Notes: a model not told the origin generated them from the sequence alone. A stretch of DNA of 41,851 bases from Balamuthia mandrillaris (GCA_031835245.2 JAVKOQ020000111.1:124001-165851), one strand, 5' to 3'; shown: positions 26,335-39,162, counted from the first letter of the stretch. Numbers and translations are program-made.

Positions 26335-26952
26335 CGTCTTTGTCTTCCTTTATCTTCTGCAATCAATTTTAGCTTAGCATTAATTTGTAGCTGTGCCACT
26401 CAATTGAGGAGCAGTATTGCTCATGTGTAGCAAACAGAAGGAAAGAACGATCACAAAAAAAACCAACACCTACCCACTGTGACAGAGGAGGAGCCGAAAA
26501 AGGTGCAACTCAACAATAACGGACCGCTAGTACCGTATGTCTCACTTCCGTATGTCTGACTTGCCAAGTCCACCATCTCCCAAGACCGACTCGATGTGGT
26601 CATTTGCCACTGTCCTCCCATCACGGCTTTTGCCTGGTCAAGCCAAGCTCAGCAACCATGCCTCCTTTCCGCTTTTCAACAACAAAAATAAAAAAAAAAC
26701 AAAACAAAACAAAAAAAACTAAAACCACACAACCATCATCATGAGACGATGTGAAAACTCTTTTACAGCCGAGAGACTCCCAAGTTCTCAGGACAGAAAG
26801 AGAGTTGGTCGTTGCTCTCTGAAGGGGTACAAGGCATGCCTGCACGGCTCTGGACACGTCGACAAAAATTCATCTGTGAGGTGTTTTCTTCGCGTCGTCA
26901 CGAACTGTAGCAGCTCCCGCCCCTTTACTACTTATCCTTGCTGCTTCACGCT

Positions 26953-28825
26953 ATGTTGCCCTCGCCGGTGAGGGCTGCTTGGACGACGGCGGGACGCAAC
27001 GGCATGACCCCGTTTTTGTTGGGCCGCGGGACTACTGCTGCGCTCTGCGGTGGTGGAGGAAGAAGCAGCAGCGCCAACGTGGCTGGCGCCTCGTTGAGCG
27101 GCAGCTGCGCTTGGACGAAGAGCCGGCTGCGGTCCAGGGGGTATGCTGCCACCACGACGAAAAGCTTGACGGGCAGCAGCCACGCCTCTTCTTCGCCTTC
27201 TGCTTCACGCTCAAACGTGTTGGGCGTTCCCACCCCAGCGTACAAGGAGTTCCTTGCTTCTCTCTTCTCTGCTCCTTCGGCTCAATTTCTCGGCTCCTCT
27301 TCTCCTGCTGCTCAGCCAGCGATAACCACTTTGGACATGCACACCGAGGGGGAGCCTTTGCGCATCGTGTTGAGCGGACTGGAGGAGCTTCTTCCTTTTG
27401 ACATGAAGGGGACCATGCTGCAGCGTAGACGTTTTGTCCAACAGAACCTGGACCACCTTCGTCGTTGCCTCATGTGGGAGCCTCGTGGCCATAGGTTTCT
27501 CTCTCTCTCTTCTCCTCTGCTTTCTGTTGTTTGTTCTGCTGTGCTCTGTTCTTCGTCACGTTTTTGTTTTTCGACTCAAGCTCACTCTTTCTCAATAGAG
27601 ACATGTATGGATGTCTTTTGTTTTCTCCAGAGAGACCGGACTCTGATGTTGGCGTTTTGTTCCTGCACAACGAGGGACTCAGCTCCATGTGTGGCCACGG
27701 CATCATCGCTCTGACCAAAGCCATCGTAGAGCTTCGTCTTGCTCATTCTTGTTCTTCTTTGTCTTCTTCGTCTTCTTCTTTTCAAGAACTGCGCATAGAC
27801 ACTCCTGCTGGACTAGTTGAGGCGAAAGCATGGCTCGAAGATTCCAAACTAGCTTCCTCATCAGTTTCGACAAGCAAGCAAGTGAAACGAGTAACATTCG
27901 AAAACGTACCTTCCTTTGCGTATCGGTTGGACGTGCCCATTTGGGTGCCTGAACTGGCAAGAGAAGTGCGCGTGGACATAGGATGGGGTGGTGCCTTTTA
28001 TGCTTACGTGCAGGAGGAGCAGCTGTGGAAGGGTGAAGAAGGAGGCAAACCTCGCGAAGCGTCAGACTACCGTTTGCTTGGAATGGCGGTGAAGCGAGCT
28101 GTCATGCAACAAGTGGAGCTTGTTCACCCATTTGAACAAGATCTCAGTTTCCTTTATGGTACCTTGCCTCTTCTTCTCCATTTGCTTCCAGGTTCGTAGT
28201 AGCTTACATGAGAACAAAGGAACCATCATCGTGGGAAAAGGACAAGCAGCAGGCTCTCACAGCAAAAACGTGTGCATCTTTGCTGATGGAGAGGTTGATC
28301 GCTGTCCCACCGGTACCTTCTTGCTCAACTGTGTTCTTATTTTGTTCGCCGTGTGTTCTCCCGTTTCATTCGCCTTATTGGGATAAATAACAGGCACGGG
28401 AGTAAGCGGACGGTTGGCTCTTCATCACGCAAAGAAAGAATTGTCTGTTGGTGAAACGATTGTGATAGAGAGCATACTTGGCACCACTTTTACTGGTTTC
28501 TTTCTTCTTTCACTTATCTCGTCTTACCTCGCTTATCCCTGCTCTCCATTCCTCCCATGAGATGCATCTCTCCTCCCTTCAGCCTCTTACTTCTGTCCTT
28601 TCTTATCTGTATCAAAACATAGGGAGGGTAGTGAAAGAAACCCAGTTTGGTTCGTTTAAAGCCATCATCCCGGAAGTCGGCGGAAGAGGTTCAGTACAGA
28701 AATCAGTAACGTTTTCTGTTAAGCAATCTCTCACCACTTTAAACAATGCAGCTTTTGTGACAGGATTCAACAAGTGGGTGTTAGATCCTGAAGATCCGTT
28801 GCGTTATGGCTTTATTCTTTCATGA
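26953..28825 (+). CDS. Proline racemase family protein, Cys/Thr type (trans-3-hydroxy-L-proline dehydratase-like), with probable mitochondrial presequence
   Basis: DMHTEGEPLRIV, LMWEPRGHRDMYG, FLHNEGLSSMCGHG, DIGWGGAFY, FADGEVDRCPTGTGVSGRLA, DPEDPLRYGF. Five GT-AG introns splice in frame. Confidence 0.93.
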
Positions 28826-28908
28826 ACATCATTTCATCTACAGAAGAAAACGAGGTGAGTTTTGCTTGTTCTTTGCTTTTTGGGTTGTGCACCTTTTAGA
28901 ACAAGGTT

Positions 28909-29064
28909 TTATAGATTCTTGCTCTTCTGGTTGAGGACCCACAGTTTGTAATTTAGCCAGGAAGCAAAGCTGACCCATCCCAAGTAAGGTACCAACAACA
29001 ATCCTGCTGTCTTATCCACTTGATGGCTTTTATTGCATTTTTTTTTTTTTTGTTTAGAGGACAA

Positions 29065-29107
<43 letters not shown>

Positions 29108-29641
29108 ATAGAGGAGCAGGTAAAAAGGAGCAGAGAAAGAGTGAGAGAGAGAGAGACGTCACTTACAATAGAGCAACCGTTCCAGCCAAACTCACCCACA
29201 AAGCGCCAATATCCACTAACGCCAAGTCCATGCGCTTTGCCCCAAAGAAAAGGCCGCTCCAAGCAAAGTTGAACCCCAGTTGCGCAGCATAGGCTCCCAA
29301 CGCAAGACCATGTTGCTCAAAGCCGCCTTGTCTCCACACCAAGTAGGATGCATACCCCATCGAAGCCTGCACAGCAAACAAAAACAGAAAGGCTCAGCTC
29401 TTCAAGATGTAGAGGAAGAACAACAACAACACTAAAAAACAATGTGTACGTAGAGTGCAGTCCAAACAGGCCCAAAGACCCAACTGGGAGGTGTCAAAGG
29501 GGGCTTCTTCAACGCGTTGTACCAACCACCATTGCTCTCCCCCTTCGCCGCCCTGGGAGAGAAGAGGTAGCCGCCCACCAGACCGCCCACCACCGGCAAG
29601 GCGATAGCCATGCCAAGAGCGAAGCCTTGCCTCTCCTCCAT
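28909..29641 (-). CDS. TSPO: TspO/MBR family translocator protein
   Basis: [67 protein letters not shown]. Three exons. Confidence 0.95.
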
Positions 29642-29822
29642 TCTTTTTTTTTTTTGTTTGTTTGTTTGCTTGCTACGTTTTTTTGTTTTTTTCCCCTACG
29701 TGTTCTCGCTACGCTGCGGAACGCTTCAACTCTGATGCCATGACGCACCACACGCACCGACAGGACGTCAGCATCGGTCACCGTGGATCCGATGGTGCGA
29801 TAATTTTTACGATTTAATGATT

Positions 29823-29930
29823 GTCGACAAATAATTGATATTTGTCGGCAATTTTGATTCCGATCTTCGGACAATCGTTTTTTTTTGATTTTCTTCCATT
29901 ATCTTCAACCAGTGGGGATTATTTGTCGAC
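29823..29930. promoter_or_regulatory. TTGTCGACAA palindromes in a divergent promoter
   Basis: GTCGAC at 29823 and 29925, both as TTGTCGACAA, plus a near-match TTGTCGGCAA. They lie between TspO (-) and the gene starting at 30031 (+). Confidence 0.55.
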
Positions 29931-30030
29931 AATCCAAACATGGAGAAATTAGATACTTCGATTAATTAACAACAATCAATCGCTGGCAGAGGAAAGATTG
30001 TCGTTTTGCTACACGGCCTCTGGTGCGGTG

Positions 30031-32830
30031 ATGGGCGCGAACACATGTTTTGTCGTTGGTCTGGTCTTGTTGGTCTGGTTGTGCGGCTTTGCCTGGGCGA
30101 CAACCGGTGAGAGGAAGGATCGTTTTTTTGGCTCTCCTTAGCAAGCAAGGGCTTAACATTGTTGCCCGTATTGCAGGTTACTTTTCGCCCGATGGTGCAG
30201 GGTCTGCATGTCTCGAAACGGAACCGTGCAACAACCCTTTTACGGTGGCCATTGAGTTTGACGAGTACATTCTTGCCGCCGGGGAGTATAGCATGACAGC
30301 AACTGTAGAACTTGACAGAAATGTTACATACAGGTCTACCTTTTTTTTTTTCAAACCCCTGTTTTCTCTTTGTCTCTTCTTCTGTTTTGCCAGTTTAAAA
30401 CCTTCTTTGCTCGTCCTTCCTCTTCTTTTTTGACAAACAAAAAACGTTAAACGCTTGCTTTTCTTTAATAGGGGAAGAGACGGAGACCAACCGGCAGTGA
30501 TAAAAGGGGCGTCTGATTCCGCGTCTTGTTTCAGCCTTGATCATATAAACAGTGTCTCCTACAGCCTTACCTTCCACCATCTGGTCATTGAATGTCCCAC
30601 CAACGCTGCTTTCTTCTTACGCCCATTCAACCCCATAAATGTGGAGTTGAGCGACGTGGTCATTCGAAACTCCTTTGGTGGCTTCGTTCTCAGCGTCCCT
30701 GCTACTGGAGAATACGAGCTAAGCTCGTTGAGGATGACGAATGTACAAGTGAGAAACACTGTATGTGGAGCACCTGAGTGGAGTGGTTTGTACTATGTGG
30801 TTGTTTAGTCTCTATGAATGTATACTGATAGTGCATGGCCTGTGCCTTCTTCTACAGAGCCAATGATACTAATCAGCGTTGATTGGGCATTTGACAAGGT
30901 TTCATTTATTGATAACTGTGTTAAGAATACTGATACAAGTGAGATGTTTTACTTGTTTGTGTTTTCTTCCTTGCTGACCTTAACATACCCTGTAATATTC
31001 AGTGATAGCAGTGGTGCAGGACTGCAATGTTACAAGCAGCGGGGGCACACTTCTCTTTCAAGGCAATGGTGGAAAATATATTCTTAGGCTGCAAGAACAC
31101 ACCATTTTTACCATGCATGGCGCAGATATGCTATTTGAAAATAATACAGCACTTACGTTAGGTTCGTTAAAGTTCTGTTGGTGTTTGCTTTTTGGATTTC
31201 GTTCGTTGAACTTTTTCATTGCTTTGTCTTCATTCGCTTATAAACTTTCTTTTACGTTTTATTGGCAGCGAGCTTGGAGGATCAGAGCTCATTGCGAACA
31301 AATGGGATGCTCTCTTTCAAATACAACTCCGTTGCGAACCAGTTGCTATATTTTCCAAATGGGTCGGCCGCGACCCTTCATAGTCTCCTTCCCATTCAAC
31401 TCCAAGGAAATAACGACAAGCCCTTGCTTGTCGTTGAAAGCCCAAGTACGTCGGAGGTGTGCATCACTCCATGCGAAGAGGGTGAGCTTGTCTGTGATTG
31501 CAACGACCGACCTCTCCTTTCATGGAGCATTCCATCTACTTCCCTGCAACTGCCTTCTTCGGGCTTGCTTGCACTTCCTCTTCTTCTTAGCTCTTTTTTC
31601 CATAATATAATGGATTTGCAGTTCTCCTTGGAGCTCTCTGACGGACTAGTTTACGGACAACACTTCACCACACAACCTCCTCCATTCAATCCAAATCATG
31701 CTTCTGTGATAAATGTGTCAGTGGAGATTCTTCCATTTGAGGTGGACGCTCAGTTAAACATTACCCAGGCAAATGCCTTACCGCAAGAAGAAGTCATCAC
31801 CATCCGAGTGGCGCCCAACTTCTGGAGTGACTCTTTCTTCGTAAATATGACCTTCATTCAAGTTTTCATCCAACCATCCCCTCCTCCCAGCTATCAACCT
31901 GACCAAGCCACCGTCTTGGTTACCTTCCCGAATCCGACAAAACCAGACCACACTCTTTCTTTCCTTGATCCACAAGATGACAACCAAACTCTGACCAACC
32001 GCTCTGTCTCCGCTCAGTTCGCTACGTTGATGGAGGTAGATGAAGACGGAGAAGTTGTTGCTATGGTGTCTTTGAAGGAAACCGAGTTCGAGGCACAGGA
32101 GTTCGACAACGTTACATTCAACCTCAACAATGCTCTTCCGTTCTTCTCCTTCTCCACCAATATCACCGTTCTGACAATGTTCATTGGAAACGGAGAAGAA
32201 ACAACGAAAACAAACCTTACAGAGAGCATCATAATGGAAGTGGAGTTCACCATGTTCGTAGAAGAGCAAGTGGTCTCTTTTGCAGGGGTGGAGCAGGTCA
32301 TGGCGGCCAACACCCTCAAGTGGAGTTTATTGCTATCCTCTTGGCCCTTCCAACACCCCACCCATTCCTTGGAGCTGCATCTCTTCCTCTCCAGCGAGGA
32401 TGGACCCATCTCCTCGCTATCCGAAGAGCAATCAGGAGAAACCCAAGTGTGGGTGTTGAAGCTTGGGACAGAGAACACTGAGATCCCGGTGAACGTCCTG
32501 CCCTTGGCTCTTCTCCTTAACGAGCATAACGACGAGCAACCACAACAGGTGACGGTGAGCGCGGAATGGAAAGACGAAGCGCAGGAGTTGGTGATCCGTT
32601 TGCCTTGGTTCGGCCAAGGCTCCTTGTTACTGGATCCCGACATGTCGTTGCTGGTGGCGGAAGAATCAAAGGAAGAAGACGATGAGGATGACGGGCTGTG
32701 GTGGAAGGTCACCGTCCCGGTGGTGTTGTTCGTCATCTTGGTGGCAGGAGTGGCGGTGGCGGTGGTCGTGTTCGTGCAAAAGAAACAGAGTCGCAAGACC
32801 ATCAACCAACGCGCCCACGTCAACTATTAA
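30031..32830 (+). CDS. Single-pass type I membrane protein, family member D
   Basis: Signal peptide MGANTCFVVGLVLLVWLCGFAWATT. YFSPDGAGSACLETEPC, beta-helix-like middle region, CDCNDRPLLSWSIP, LKWSLLLSSWPF..LLLDPDMSLLV, LWWKVTVP plus TM. Stop at 32830. Confidence 0.88.
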
Positions 32831-32961
32831 ACTTTCATCTCTTTCGCGATGGTTTCTCTTTTATATTGTATAAAAGAAGACGTGTATTACAAGAGTTATA
32901 CTAAAAGAGAAGAAGGATCTGAAACGAAAGCAGAGAGACCTTCAACAAGAAACAAACGACG

Positions 32962-33477
32962 ATGGGCAATATTTTCGGTGCGCCTGCATTACGATCTAAA
33001 CCATGTTCGTTAGTTCCAAGCTTCTCTTTTTTCGTTTGTTTCGGGATGAGACGTCCAAACACGCTTTTCTTCAAAAAATAAAAAAGGGAGAAGGAGCTCC
33101 TACTTCACCCTTGTGGACTTTCATATGCGGTGGAGCGACTGTGGGTCCATACTCTTCATGAACGGGCAGGAGGAACTCTTCGATCTGGGCTGCGTCTACT
33201 GCGACGCCGCCAACCAGGTGGAAGAGCTCTTCCACCTTTCAGATACCGACCAAGGTTAGCGGAGGAGAGGGGAGGGGTTTCCAGTTCGTTATTTTTTTTT
33301 CCTCATCCTTTGTCACAAGGATACGCTATTCAAGTATGGGCTGGGAAAGAACCCGAGGATCCGTACGTCTACATAGAGCATGGCCCGGAGGTGTGCACCT
33401 TTGACGCCTGGTACCGGGTTCCTATCTCCATCTTTCGCCATGCCTTTGCCAACCTGGGAACACCGCCATCCTCCTGA
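32962..33477 (+). CDS. Small hypothetical protein (~105 aa), tandem copy 1, possible N-myristoylation
   Basis: Three exons: MGNIF/GRRSSYFTLVDFHM..EELFDLG..VEELFHLSDTDQ/GYAIQV..YVYIEHGPEVCTFDAWYRVPISIFRHAFANL. Conserved with the adjacent copy. Confidence 0.75.
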
Positions 33478-33533
33478 AGGAAAAAAGATCAAGCAAACGG
33501 AGGAACAGCAGCAGAATGAAGGACAAAACAAGA

Positions 33534-33577
<44 letters not shown>

Positions 33578-33641
33578 GTAAATAAAGCATTACTATAATC
33601 ATTAAAAAATAGAAAGAAGAGCAGAACAAAACAAACCGGGA

Positions 33642-34184
33642 ATGCATAGAACGTCTTCTTCTCCTGACTTACACAAAGAGCCTTGTTGGTCGCTCTCATT
33701 CATCCTCTGTGTCTGTTCTTTGGGTTTGCTGCTGACTTGTTTGTGTGACACAGCGGCTGATGAGCTTTACTTCACGGTGGACAACTTCAGCATGGCTCTC
33801 GGCCGCGACGGAGAGAGCATTTGCTTCATGGCAGGACGGGAAGAGCTCTTTGATATGGCCATCGTTTTCGACCCACCCCACCCTAACACGGTTGAAGAGC
33901 TCTTCACTTATTCTGACACTGACGAGGGTCTTTTTCTTTTTGTTCTTGTTCTTCTTCTTCTTTTTCTTCTTCTTCTTCTTCTTCTTCTTCTTCTTCTTTT
34001 TGTTTAGTAGTTCTGAAAACTTGGTGAACAATAAACAGGATATAACATAGAGATATCGGTTGGGGACGATGCGTATGTTTACATAGAGCATGGCCATGAA
34101 GTCAGCAAGTCTGACACTTGGTACCGAGTTCCCATTTCGGTCTTTCGACAGGCGTTCGCCAACTTTAAGAAGAGACAAAAATAA
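33642..34184 (+). CDS. Small hypothetical protein, tandem copy 2 (start uncertain)
   Basis: LYFTVDNFSM..EELFDMA..VEELFTYSDTDE/GYNIEISVGDDAYVYIEHGHEVSKSDTWYRVPISVFRQAFANFKKRQK, stop at 34184. Same intron position as copy 1. Confidence 0.75.
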
Positions 34185-34328
34185 CAAAAGACTTGCAGGC
34201 AATGGGCTGTTAGTTACTTCACATACAAAAGAACCAAATCAACTCACCAAAGCAGGAGAGAAAGGCAGAGCGGCAGAGAGACGGGAGAGAAAGAGAGATT
34301 TTGCACAAACAAGCAAAGGAGCGTTACT

Positions 34329-36852
34329 TCACAAAAGATCAGCCGATTTTGGAGCAGCTATGGAATTGTTACGTAATATCTCAGGATCCAGCTCCACTAC
34401 CTGCCCTATATCCAATATGATCCTTTTGTTGTTGAAAGATAATCGTTAGAGGAGGAAAGAGGGGGGAAAAGGAGAAGAGAAGGGAAGAGGGAGAAAGAGC
34501 AGCAAACAGAAAGAGAAGTAGGAAAGAGAAAGAAAATAACGAAAAGACAAGAAAATAAAGGAGAGTAGTAAAGAGCTAGTGGAGAAGATACGTGGTTCCA
34601 GCCTCTCCGACGTCAAATCTTAAGAAGTCGTCCTGTAGCCGCTGAGATGGTGATGCACAAGAACCTTTTTCGTCTTGCGAAGGAGAAAATGATGTTACAT
34701 CCTTCTCATCTTCTTGTTTGTTGCTGTCTTGTGCTGCGTTTGCTTCTGTATCTTTCTCTTTTTCCTCTTGTTGCTGTTGCTCTGCTGCTTTGTTTTCCGG
34801 TTGCTTTCGTTCATGATAACGAGCCACCGCTTCTTCCACCAATGTCACCAGATGCTTCAGTGATTGAACATTCTGTCCGTTGAAGCGGTACAGCACTGTG
34901 CACCAACCGCCAGCTGTGTAGCCTATTGTAGCCTTGGAGGACAACATTTGGGCGAGGATCACGATTTCGCTTCTTTCTTTTGTGGGCAAACTATAGAAGA
35001 AACTGTGAACTAGCGCGCTAGGAGCGCGTTTCTGCCAGTCTACACCATACCTTTAAAGCCATGTAAATACTAGAGAGAGATTGGAACAAAGGCACAGCCA
35101 ACAGAGCGGCACCATAGAGCAAGCTACGAACCAAGAGAGAAGGAACGGGACAGATAAAGGAATGAATACAAGCCCGCCAATGACGTAGTAACTGGCAAAG
35201 CAATCGAAGCCATGAATCCGAGGCACTAGAGTTGGCGTATGGGCTACCGTTGCTTCTAGCTCCACAACCTTACCTTGTCGCAGTACTGTAAGCCGGCAGT
35301 TGTCTCCTGTATACTTCATTCCTGGTTTCACATTAGAAAAAAGAAAGCGAGAAAACAAGAACACAAAAGAACAAACCAATGAGGTGTGTCCAAGAGATTC
35401 GTTCCTCGCCACGATACACAATCGTAGCATCATCCGCGATGGAAACTCCATCGAAGCTCAAAAGAATGTCCTCTTCTTGCAGTGCATTGGAAAAAGTGGA
35501 CTTGGGATTGACAGAAGTGACCAGCACGCCGCTTTGTTTATCATCCATGCTGTAGTACCGCCTTATAGAAGGGTTTTCCATGTTTGCTACCTGCACGTTG
35601 TTCTATTAACATTTTATGCACAACACAATAAACACAGGCAGAGAATACGGACTCTAAGCCCAGGCGTACAGAATGACACGCGGCCAGTAGCATCATACTC
35701 GGTGAGAAAGCGCTGGATAACAGGCACTGGAATGATGTGTCTATTATTCGATGTTAGAGTTAGCAACCTTCTTCTTCAGACACAGTGGTATAATTCGCAT
35801 AGGCAAGAAAATTGCTAGCATACCCTATAAGTTGCGCTTTGAGTTTTCGTGAAAACGCAATACCAACTACTTTCGTTCCTTGGAAAACAGGTCCTCCTGT
35901 AGGTTACGTTTTAGTGAGTGTGCAAATGAATGCCAACACAAGGACAAAAGAAACGAAGAGCAACATAAATAATAAGAGAGAGAGGAGAGAGGAGAGAGAG
36001 AGAGAGAGAGAGAAGCAACCAGAATTGCCAGAGTTGATAGCAGCATCAATCTGAACGGCCAACAATGAGCAGAAGCGATTCACAAAGGTCCTTACGTCCA
36101 CCCTCGAGACCACTCCACAAGTGACGCTGATGTTGTCGCCGCCGGTTGGATAGCCCACACAGGTCACCGACTCCTGCAGTTGTGGCACAGCCCCAAATTC
36201 GAGCGGCTTGTGGCCCTCCCAGAAGGCCTCATCCTGAACGCGCAGAAGCGCAATGTCACATTGGTAGCCTATGCACAGCACCTCCGCCATGTAGCGCTTC
36301 GGACTGCCGTGTCGCCTCACCCTTTGAAAAAAAGAGTTTGAGAAGAGACCAAATGACCAGCAGAGGAGAGAGGAAGAGAGGAGAGGGAGAGAGAGAACGA
36401 GAGAGGGAGGGGAACGAAAGGACGAGGAAACGGATAATGAGAGCCGAGTCAAAGAGGCGAGAGGAAAGAGAGCAGAGAGCAGAGAGAGCGTACATGATGG
36501 TGGTAAAGTTTTCAACGACATGAGCGTTAGTGAGAATCCGTTTCCCGCCTATGATGAAGCCAGAGCCAGACGAGTTCTTTGGCCCCTTTTTCTGCCAAGG
36601 CCTCTTGTAGGACACGGAGCTCTTCACGGTGAAGACTTTGACCACAGAACTCAAAGGGATGGCATGGAGCAGGCTCTGCTGTCTTTTGGGCTGTTTTTTT
36701 GCTCTTGAGGCCTTGGTCTGTGGTGTCTGTGGTGGTTGCTGCTGTTGCTCTTCCTCCTCCTCCTCTTCCTCCTCCGCTTCCTCCTCCTGCTCTGCCTCCT
36801 CCTTCTCGTTCTTCTCTTCCAGAGAACCACTGCTCGCTCCTTCCTCTTCCAT
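34329..36852 (-). CDS. Deg/HtrA serine protease with PDZ domains (plant Deg2/9/10-like)
   Basis: SVVKVF..PWQ..SSGSGF..ILTNAHVV (His), CDIALL (Asp), VGYPTGGDNISVTCGVVSR, QIDAAINSGNSGGP (Ser). PDZ segment (GVLVTSVNP..DILLSFDG), YYVIGGLVF. Stop at 34329; start uncertain. Confidence 0.93.
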
Positions 36853-37202
36853 CGCTACTCCTTTTTTTTTTAATTTTTTGTCGAAATGTGTTGTCCTTCA
36901 TGACGACCTGAGTTTTAACACGTAGAATGAGAGTCGTGTCGGATATAATTTCACGACGACATGAACAGAAAAAGGGAAAAACATACAAAAAAGAATGAAA
37001 AAAAAAAGCAAAAAGTTGAAAGGAGGAATGTTAGGTTATGAAACACACAGTTTTCAGGCTTCTGGCTTTGTTGTTGTTGTTCGTTCTTCTTCTTCTTGTT
37101 CTTGTTCTTCTTCTTGTTCTTCTTCTTCTTCTTCTTTGTGAGTTGGGCCAAACCACAAAGTGTTTTTTGTTTTTTGTGTTTTAAATGGATTTTTTTTGTT
37201 TC

Positions 37203-37340
37203 TTAGTTGTAAACCATGTACTTGGGCGTCGCCGAGAACTTGGCATAACCTTTGATGACCTTGTTGATGGAATCCAGGAAATCCTTCTCGCTTACCGTCT
37301 GCCATTTGAATGAAACATAAGTAAACAAATATGGAAGTAT

Positions 37341-37371
<31 letters not shown>

Positions 37372-39162
37372 AGAACAAGACACAAAGGGAAAGGACATGA
37401 AAGAAGGAAAAACAAACCTTTTTACGTGCTCGCACCGCAAACATGCCAGCCTCCGTACACACGCTCCTAATATCAGCTCCAGTGCTGTTGGGACACAGCC
37501 TCGCCAGGAGCTCGAACCGAATGTCACGATCGCAGCTCATCTGCTTGGCGTGGATCCTAAAGATCTGGGCCCTGCCCTCCAGGTCAGGCAGGTCAAACTC
37601 CACTTTTCTGTCAAGTCGACCCGGACGAGTCAGGGCGGGATCCAAAGTGTCCGGTCGGTTCGTGGCCATCAGCACTTTGATGTTACCGCGTGCATCAAAG
37701 CCGTCCAGCTGGTTGATCAGCTCCAACATGGTTCGCTGCACTTCGTTGTCACCACCAGCGCCGTCATCGAAGCGGGTGCCGCCGATAGCGTCCACTTCGT
37801 CGAAAAAGATGATGCAGGCCTTCTTGGAGCGAGCCATCTCAAAGAGCTCGCGCACCATGCGTGCACCCTCACCGACGTACTTTTGGACGAGCTCGCTGCC
37901 GATGACGCGAATAAAGGTGGCATCGGTACGGTTGGCGACAGCACGGGCAAGGAGCGTCTTGCCAGTGCCTGGAGGGCCGTACATCAACACTCCCTTGGGT
38001 GGGTCGATGCCCAACTGTACAAAGCGCTCTGGCTATTTTGTTGATGAGAAAGAAAAAACATAGGTAAGGAATAGGCTTCCACAAGTTAAACAAAAGAAAG
38101 GAGTGAAACATACGTGAAGCAAAGGCAACTCCACGACCTCGCGCAGCTTTTCAATTTGTTCTTTGGAGCCACCAACATCGTTGTATGTGACGTTTGGCTT
38201 TTCATCTACTTTCATCATTGTGACAGAGGGATCAATCTTTGGTGGCAGAGGAATCTGGATTTGGTACTTTTTGCGGTCAACTCTACAACAAAAATATCAA
38301 TCAGCGTTTGCACAGTTTGCTTAAAGGAACAAGAGAAAGAGAAGATAGTAAAGGATAGCGCAGGACGAAAAGGGAGAAAGCTTACCCAATACGCATTCCC
38401 TCTTCTATGTCAGCAGCTGCCACACGGTCTCCCAAGCCTACCACGTATTTACCATGTTGCTTGGCGTTGATGACGTACTTGGATTCATCCTCCTCTCCTT
38501 CTCCTCCTTTGATGATCTTTGTGCAACGGGAGACCTAAGCGAATAAAAGCTTCATCAGAGATTGTACATTTTTTGAGAGTGAGAGAGAGGGAAGAGAAAG
38601 AACGAGAAGAACGAGAAGAACGAGAGAGAGAGAGAGAGAGGAGCGAAGTGAGAGAAGATGAGGATGGAAAACAAACCAGAAGCGGCTGTTCCTCTTGCAT
38701 CATCTGCTTGTCAGCGACAAGATCCCACATACTGGGAGGGGCCAAACCAGTGTCCGACTCCTTGATTCCTGCACGACAATGAAAACGACTCAGAAATCAA
38801 TCAAAGGGGGGAAAATGAAGCGAGAGAAAGGAAGAACGCACCACAAATCTCGTTGATTCGTTTGGTGATCTTTGTGATGTCTTCTTGAACTTGCTTGATT
38901 GGCTTGGCATATGGCCCAACGCCCTACAAACAAAAAAAAAAAGAAAAACACAAGAAGAAGAAGAGAGAGAGAACAGAGAAGAGCAGAAGCAAATCAGTGA
39001 AAGGTAAAAGCAACATTCTCTTTTTTTGTTTTTCAAAAAACAAAAGGTAGATGGAGAGGGAAAAAAAATGGCTGATATGAAACGTACATAGGTCTTCAAC
39101 AAGGCGATGTCTCCCGCATCAAGCGCCTTCACGGGCTGATCCTTCTCTTCAATGTCTGCCAT
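37203..39162 (-). CDS. PSMC2: 26S proteasome regulatory AAA-ATPase subunit 7 (RPT1)
   Basis: [81 protein letters not shown]-terminal [11 protein letters not shown]. Confidence 0.97.

Noticed and set aside
26533..26562. Short direct repeat CCGTATGTCT(C/G)ACTT x2
   Set aside because: Only two copies and not seen elsewhere in the window, so there is not enough to call a regulatory or mobile element.
37397..38063. Plus-strand ORFs of 215 and 206 aa
   Set aside because: They are antisense shadows of the conserved RPT1 exon.
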